Positions 59,998 to 64,000 of a stretch of 64,000 nt of DNA are shown one piece after another. Each line of letters starts with the position of its first letter. Position 1 is the first letter of the stretch. The translations under genes were made by a program, and so were the position numbers. Source of the stretch: an uncultured Trueperaceae bacterium (GTDB lineage Bacteria; Deinococcota; Deinococci; Deinococcales; Trueperaceae); NCBI GenBank assembly GCA_963728245.1, contig CAVSJH010000001.1, positions 493,154 through 557,153 of the forward strand, written 5' to 3'. The notes below the pieces were generated by a model. That model was given only the letters and a program-made list of their open reading frames with translations. It made no database searches and had not been told where the DNA came from.

Positions 59998-60996
59998 TCA
60001 ATGGGCCGCGGGGCACCAGGCGCGGGCTAGGACGGCGGCGCCGCGGACGCCGACCTCGCCCGCGTCGGCCGGGATCACCACGGTCGACCAGGGGTCGACG
60101 CGAACCGGGTCGCCCGCGACGACCAGGTCGACCGGTTCGCCGCCGAGGTGCGTCAGCACGTCGAGCGAGTCCCTCCCGACCTGCCACGTCGGCTCGAGCG
60201 CGCCCTCGAGACCCTCGAGCACGAACGCGTGCGTGCGCGCTAGCTCGGTGCGGCCGCGTCCGGTCGTGCGCGGCGGCGGCGCCGGGGTGTCGCCCGGGCG
60301 CAGGCGCGCGACGTCCAAGGCGCGCGCGACGTGAAGCGTGCGCGGGCGCCCGTCCGGGCCCACCCGGCCGTGGTCGTAGAGGCGGTAGGTGAGGTCGGAG
60401 GCCTGCTGCACCTCGTAGACGAGCAGGCCGGCGCCCAGCGCGTGCACCGTGCCGGCCGGGTTCACGATCACGTCGCCGGCGCGGGCCGGCAGACGCTCGA
60501 GCACGTCGAGCAGCGTGCCGTCGTCCACCGCGCGCGCCACCTCGTCCCGGGAGACCGGACGGCGGAAACCCCAGAGCACTTCGGCGGCGGGCGCGGCGTC
60601 GAGCACCCACCAGGCCTCGGTCTTGCCCAGGTCGCCGCTGGCGGCCTCCTCTCGGCGTGCGTAGGCGTCGTCGGGGTGGACCTGGACCGAGAGTGGCTCG
60701 GCGGCGTCGAGCAGTTTGACCAGCAGCGGCATCCGGCCGCCGTAGCGAGCGAATGGCACGTCGCCCACGAACGCGGCGCCTCGCTCGGCGGCCAGTTCCT
60801 CCAGCCGCCGGCCGGCGTAGGGACCCCCCGCCACACGGCTCCCGGGCCCCGACAGCCAGGCCTCCCCCATCGGCTCCGAACCCGGCTCGACCCGCGCGGC
60901 GCCCGGCGACCAGCGGGCGTCGAGATGCTGCCCGCCCCACGGCCGGCGCCGCAGGTCGGGCTCGACGAAGAGCGGTGGGAGACGCTGCGTCGTCAC
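59998..60996 (-). CDS. manA: class I mannose-6-phosphate isomerase
   Basis: GTG 60996 in ORF 59998..61758. RRPWGG, LSVQVHPDD, GKTEAWWVL and AGTVHALG cupin motifs. The ORF portion upstream of 60996 is antisense to a membrane-protein gene. Confidence 0.85.
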   Translation of the reverse strand: MTTQRLPPLFVEPDLRRRPWGGQHLDARWSPGAARVEPGSEPMGEAWLSGPGSRVAGGPYAGRRLEELAAERGAAFVGDVPFARYGGRMPLLVKLLDAAEPLSVQVHPDDAYARREEAASGDLGKTEAWWVLDAAPAAEVLWGFRRPVSRDEVARAVDDGTLLDVLERLPARAGDVIVNPAGTVHALGAGLLVYEVQQASDLTYRLYDHGRVGPDGRPRTLHVARALDVARLRPGDTPAPPPRTTGRGRTELARTHAFVLEGLEGALEPTWQVGRDSLDVLTHLGGEPVDLVVAGDPVRVDPWSTVVIPADAGEVGVRGAAVLARAWCPAAH

Positions 60997-61104
60997 GGCG
61001 AGGGTGGGCGTCGGCCGCCGGCGCTCGGGGGCGGGAAGGCGATGGACGCGAGCGGACGGGCGCGGCGTGCGTTCATGTCCGCAGCGTAAACTGCTTCGGA
61101 GCCG

Positions 61105-61719
61105 ATGACCGAAGCCCTCGCGCACTTCATCAACGACGCCGGTTGGCTCGCCCCCGTCTACTACGTGCTGTCGTTCGTGGTGACGGCGCTGCTGCCCTTC
61201 ATCCCGACGCCGTTGGTGGTCGCGTTGGGTGGCGCGGCGCTCGGCGTGGTGCCCGCCATCTTGTACGGCGTCGTCGGCCTGGCCCTGGGGGCGTTCGTGG
61301 CGTTGACGCTCTCGCGCCGCATCGGTCGACCGGTGGTGTTGCGGCTCGTGAGCCCGACGGCCTGGGCCGAGTGGGAGGAGCTGATCGGCATCCGCTCCTT
61401 CGTCGTCTGGGGCCTGATCTTCTTCGTGCTCAACGTCGACTTCGCCGTGGTGGCCGCCGGTCTCTCCCACCTGTCGCTGCGCAAGCTGTGGCTGACCGTG
61501 ATGATCGCCCGACTTCCGTGGCTGATCGTGAGCGCCTGGTTCGGTCAGATCGTGTTCGTGTCCGACGCGGTGATGGGCCTGGCGCTGCTGACGCTGGTGG
61601 CCGGCGTGGTGGTCTTCCAGAAGCTGCGCCCCCGGCTCCGCCACTGGCTCGTCGAGCGGACGCGCGAACGCACGCCCGGGGCGAACGCGTCGCCGCAGGT
61701 CGATCCCGACGAGGGTTGA
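61105..61719 (+). CDS. TVP38/TMEM64 (DedA superfamily) membrane protein
   Basis: 204-aa hydrophobic ORF (VYYVLSFVVTALLPFIPTPLVVALGGAALG...). A TAAACT box lies 12 nt upstream of the ATG. Confidence 0.8.
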   Translation: MTEALAHFINDAGWLAPVYYVLSFVVTALLPFIPTPLVVALGGAALGVVPAILYGVVGLALGAFVALTLSRRIGRPVVLRLVSPTAWAEWEELIGIRSFVVWGLIFFVLNVDFAVVAAGLSHLSLRKLWLTVMIARLPWLIVSAWFGQIVFVSDAVMGLALLTLVAGVVVFQKLRPRLRHWLVERTRERTPGANASPQVDPDEG

Positions 61720-61764
61720 CGGTCCGAGACGTCGGCCGACGCACGTCGTCGCCCGCACAGGTCT

Positions 61765-62514
61765 TCAGGGAACGGGATCGCCGGACCGAGCGGGCCACGG
61801 CGCGGCCGTCCGCCGCCGCGCATCGCCGCCGTCGAGTTCGGCGGCATCGACGTCGACCAACCGGCCGCCCTCGAGCCGGGCTTGGCGGTCGGCGCGCCCG
61901 GCGACTTGGACGTCGTGGGTGACCAGCACCACGGCCGCGCCGTCCTGGGCGGCCGCGGCCAGCAGCGCGTCCGCGACCGCATCGGCGTTGGCGCGGTCGA
62001 GGCTGCCCGTCGGCTCGTCGGCCAGGACCACGGCGGGGCGAGCGTAGAGCGCCCGCGCCACCGCCACCCGCAGACGTTCCCCGCCCGAGAGCGTGCGGGG
62101 CCGCGCATCGCGGCGACCCGCGAGTCCCACGGCGCCGAGGAGCGCGTCGCCGCGTGCGTCGTCGACGCGGCCGACGACGCGGCCGGGCAGCGTCACGTTC
62201 TCGTGCGCGGTCAGGTCGGCCAACAGATGGTGGTGCTGGAACACGAGGCCCACGCGCCCGTTGCGAGCGCGTGCCGCCGGCTCCGCCGCGAGTTCGTGAA
62301 CGGCCAGCTCCCCCCACCACACCTCGCCCGTGGTCGGGCGGTCGAGCGCGGCCAGCAGGTGGAGCAGCGTGCTCTTGCCCGATCCCGAGGGACCCGTGAC
62401 CGCCACGACCTCGCCGGCCTCGACGGTGAGGTCGACGCCGTCCAGCACCGTCAACGGCCCGACCGGTGTGGGGAAGGTCCGTCCCAAAGCGTACGTTCGC
62501 AACACGGGGGGCAC
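61765..62514 (-). CDS. ABC transporter ATP-binding protein (LolD/MacB/FtsE-like), no adjacent permease
   Basis: 249-aa ORF (GTG start) with Walker [10 protein letters not shown], signature [15 protein letters not shown] and Walker B VVLADEPT. Confidence 0.9.
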   Translation of the reverse strand: MPPVLRTYALGRTFPTPVGPLTVLDGVDLTVEAGEVVAVTGPSGSGKSTLLHLLAALDRPTTGEVWWGELAVHELAAEPAARARNGRVGLVFQHHHLLADLTAHENVTLPGRVVGRVDDARGDALLGAVGLAGRRDARPRTLSGGERLRVAVARALYARPAVVLADEPTGSLDRANADAVADALLAAAAQDGAAVVLVTHDVQVAGRADRQARLEGGRLVDVDAAELDGGDARRRTAAPWPARSGDPVP

Positions 62515-62519
62515 GGGTT

Positions 62520-62527
62520 AGTATAGT
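62520..62527. promoter_or_regulatory. overlapping back-to-back -10 boxes
   Basis: Plus strand AGTATAGT. It reads TATAGT (62522-62527) toward crp and TATACT (62525-62520) toward the ABC ATPase, whose GTG is only 5 nt away. Confidence 0.45.
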
Positions 62528-62580
62528 CGGCGTTCCCGGCCGCCTCTCATCGTGAAGGCACCCGGGCCGGGCGGAGGCAG

Positions 62581-63291
62581 ATGAACGAGACGCGAACACC
62601 CGACGACGTGCCGACGTTCCTGGCGACCGTGCCGTTGTTCCGCGACGCACCCGAGCGTGCGCTGGCCATCGTCGCCGGCGTCGTCCGCCCGCGCCGCTTC
62701 GAAGCCGAGACCGTTCTGTTCCAGGAGGGCGATGCCGGCGATGCGCTCTACGTGCTCGAGTCGGGTCTGGTGAAGCTGTCCAAGGTGGACTTGGGCGGCC
62801 ACGAGAAGACGCTGGCCCTCCTGCAGCCGCCCGAGTTCTTCGGCGAGATGGCACTGCTGGGGCACGCCCGCCGCAGCGCGACGGCGATCACGCTCGCGCC
62901 CGTCACCGCCTACCTGCTCTTCCGCGACGACTTCCAGCGGCTCCTGGCCGAGTACCCGACGATCAGCCTCAACCTCACCACCACCCTCGCCGATCGTTTG
63001 CGCGGGATGGACGACGAGGCGCAGGTGCTCTCGTACAAGGACGCCCAGGGTCGGGTGTCGTACGTGCTCCTGCGGCTGTACCGCGCCGGCGTCGTCGAAC
63101 TCGACGGGAGCGGCCGAGCCCTCGTGCGCCTCACGCATCAGGACCTCGCCAACCTGGCCGGTACCTCGCGCGAGACCGTCACCCGCGCCCTCAAGGCGCT
63201 GGAGAGCGAAGGCGTCATCGAGACCCGTCCGAAGGAGGTCTACCTCGTGGACCCGGAAGGTCTCGAGGAGGTCCTCCACGGGATCCGCTGA
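62581..63291 (+). CDS. CRP/FNR family transcriptional regulator
   Basis: 236-aa ORF with a cNMP-binding domain (FQEGDAGDALYVLESGLVKL...FFGEMALL) and a C-terminal HTH (LANLAGTSRETVTRALKALESEGVI). GGAGG SD. Confidence 0.9.
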   Translation: MNETRTPDDVPTFLATVPLFRDAPERALAIVAGVVRPRRFEAETVLFQEGDAGDALYVLESGLVKLSKVDLGGHEKTLALLQPPEFFGEMALLGHARRSATAITLAPVTAYLLFRDDFQRLLAEYPTISLNLTTTLADRLRGMDDEAQVLSYKDAQGRVSYVLLRLYRAGVVELDGSGRALVRLTHQDLANLAGTSRETVTRALKALESEGVIETRPKEVYLVDPEGLEEVLHGIR

Positions 63292-63298
63292 GGCGACC

Positions 63299-64000
63299 GG
63301 CGACCCCGCCCCGCCCCGCTTCCCCGGCCCCCGCGGTTGGGCCCACGCACAGGTCCTGAACGTCGCGGGCGGCGACGTCCGAGCCGCCCTCGACCTCTGC
63401 CGCCGCGATCACGGCGACGCCTTCGTCTTCGGCGTCGGCCCCATCCGCTTCCACTGGTTCTTGGATCGCGCGGCGTTCCGGTTCGTCCTCCACGAGGAGG
63501 CGCAGGCGTTCGGGAACGCCGGCGCGTACGGTTTCCTGGAGCCGATCGGCGGTCCGACCGCGCTGATCGCCACCGACGACCCCGAACACCTGCGTCGTCG
63601 CCGCTCCGTGCAACCGGCCTTCCACGGACGCCAGGTGGCCGCCTGGACCGAGCGGGCCAGCCTGGCGTTCGACGCCTTCGCGACCCGCACCTTGACCGAC
63701 GGCGGCGGCGCGCTGGTGCCCATGCTGCGCCCCGTGGTGCTCGACGTCGTTCTGGACGTGCTGCTCGGCGAGGGTGCCCGCCGGCGGCGGCCGACGCTCG
63801 CCGGCGATCTCGCGACCATGATGGGCTTCGCCAACCTTCCCATGCTCGCGCAGCAGTTCAGGGTGCGGATCCCGGGGTCGCCCTGGGCGTCTTTCCTCGC
63901 CGCGCGCCGACGCGCCGATGCGGCGATCTACGCCGAGATCCGCGCGCGTCGCGCCGGCGAGGTGGCGGACGAGGCCGGCGTCCTGGGCTGGCTGCTCGCC
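63299..64000 (+). CDS. cytochrome P450 (5' part; runs off the window; start codon unresolved)
   Basis: The open frame reads ...RFPGPRGWAHAQVL...HGDAFVFGVGPIRFHWF...IATDDPEHLRRRRSVQPAFH..., typical of a P450 N-terminal third. Not in the ORF track because no canonical start or stop bounds it. Confidence 0.75.

Noticed and set aside
60997-61758. Long N-terminal extension of the manA ORF (ORF 59998..61758)
   Set aside because: The extension is antisense to a convincing hydrophobic TVP38/DedA gene (61105..61719) and is Arg/His/Asp/Glu-rich. The conserved PMI sequence begins just after GTG 60996.

Overview
High-GC (about 70 percent by eye) bacterial chromosomal segment, densely coding on both strands: I call 58 CDS and 3 tRNAs. 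It is almost entirely core housekeeping and central metabolism. Many neighbouring genes are joined by 4-nt start/stop overlaps (GTGA, ATGA, TTGA).

Gene order:
- Tail of a membrane-protein operon, a YigZ/IMPACT-family gene, cysS and dprA.
- A maltose-type ABC importer (binding protein plus two permeases), then glpK-glpD.
- A small zinc-ribbon ORF, tRNA-Leu(UAA) and an orphan membrane protein.
- A yqjD/elaB-yqjE-yqjK-like trio, an AI-2E transporter, tRNA-Met, nagB and mglB-mglA.
- Glycine cleavage gcvT-H-PA-PB, an iscA-type scaffold and tRNA-Trp.
- nfeD-floA-X-phoH-pgpH-ybeY-dgkA-cdd, a secreted TPR protein and hisC-hisB-hisH.
- A SPOR-like protein, yvcK, a lipoprotein-like protein and murA (convergent).
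- A ribbon-helix-helix gene tightly coupled to a Hanks kinase with PQQ-type repeats, then gltB.
- The ilvB-ilvN-ilvC-leuA-cimA operon, spoVS, rsmB, an MBL-fold hydrolase and lon.
- manA, a TVP38/DedA protein, an orphan ABC ATPase, a CRP/FNR regulator and the 5' part of a cytochrome P450.

The repertoire (MglA/MglB, SpoVS, NfeD-FloA, many apparently leaderless genes) fits a Deinococcus-Thermus-like or related Terrabacteria lineage. That is inference only.

I found no mobile element, integrase, CRISPR array, defence-type genes or toxin-antitoxin pair, and no convincing novel multi-gene system.

Best leads:
- A recurrent TGGTAnnnT -10 box placed 5-8 nt from start codons, implying widespread leaderless transcription.
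- Three genes whose conserved N-termini have no canonical start codon. Two of them have a strong SD in front of an in-frame ATC.
- Near-consensus promoters followed by roughly 200-nt structured leaders upstream of ilvB, gltB and cysS.
- The RHH plus Ser/Thr kinase pair, with palindromes in its divergent promoter region.
- A 169-bp convergent CDS overlap at the murA 3' end.
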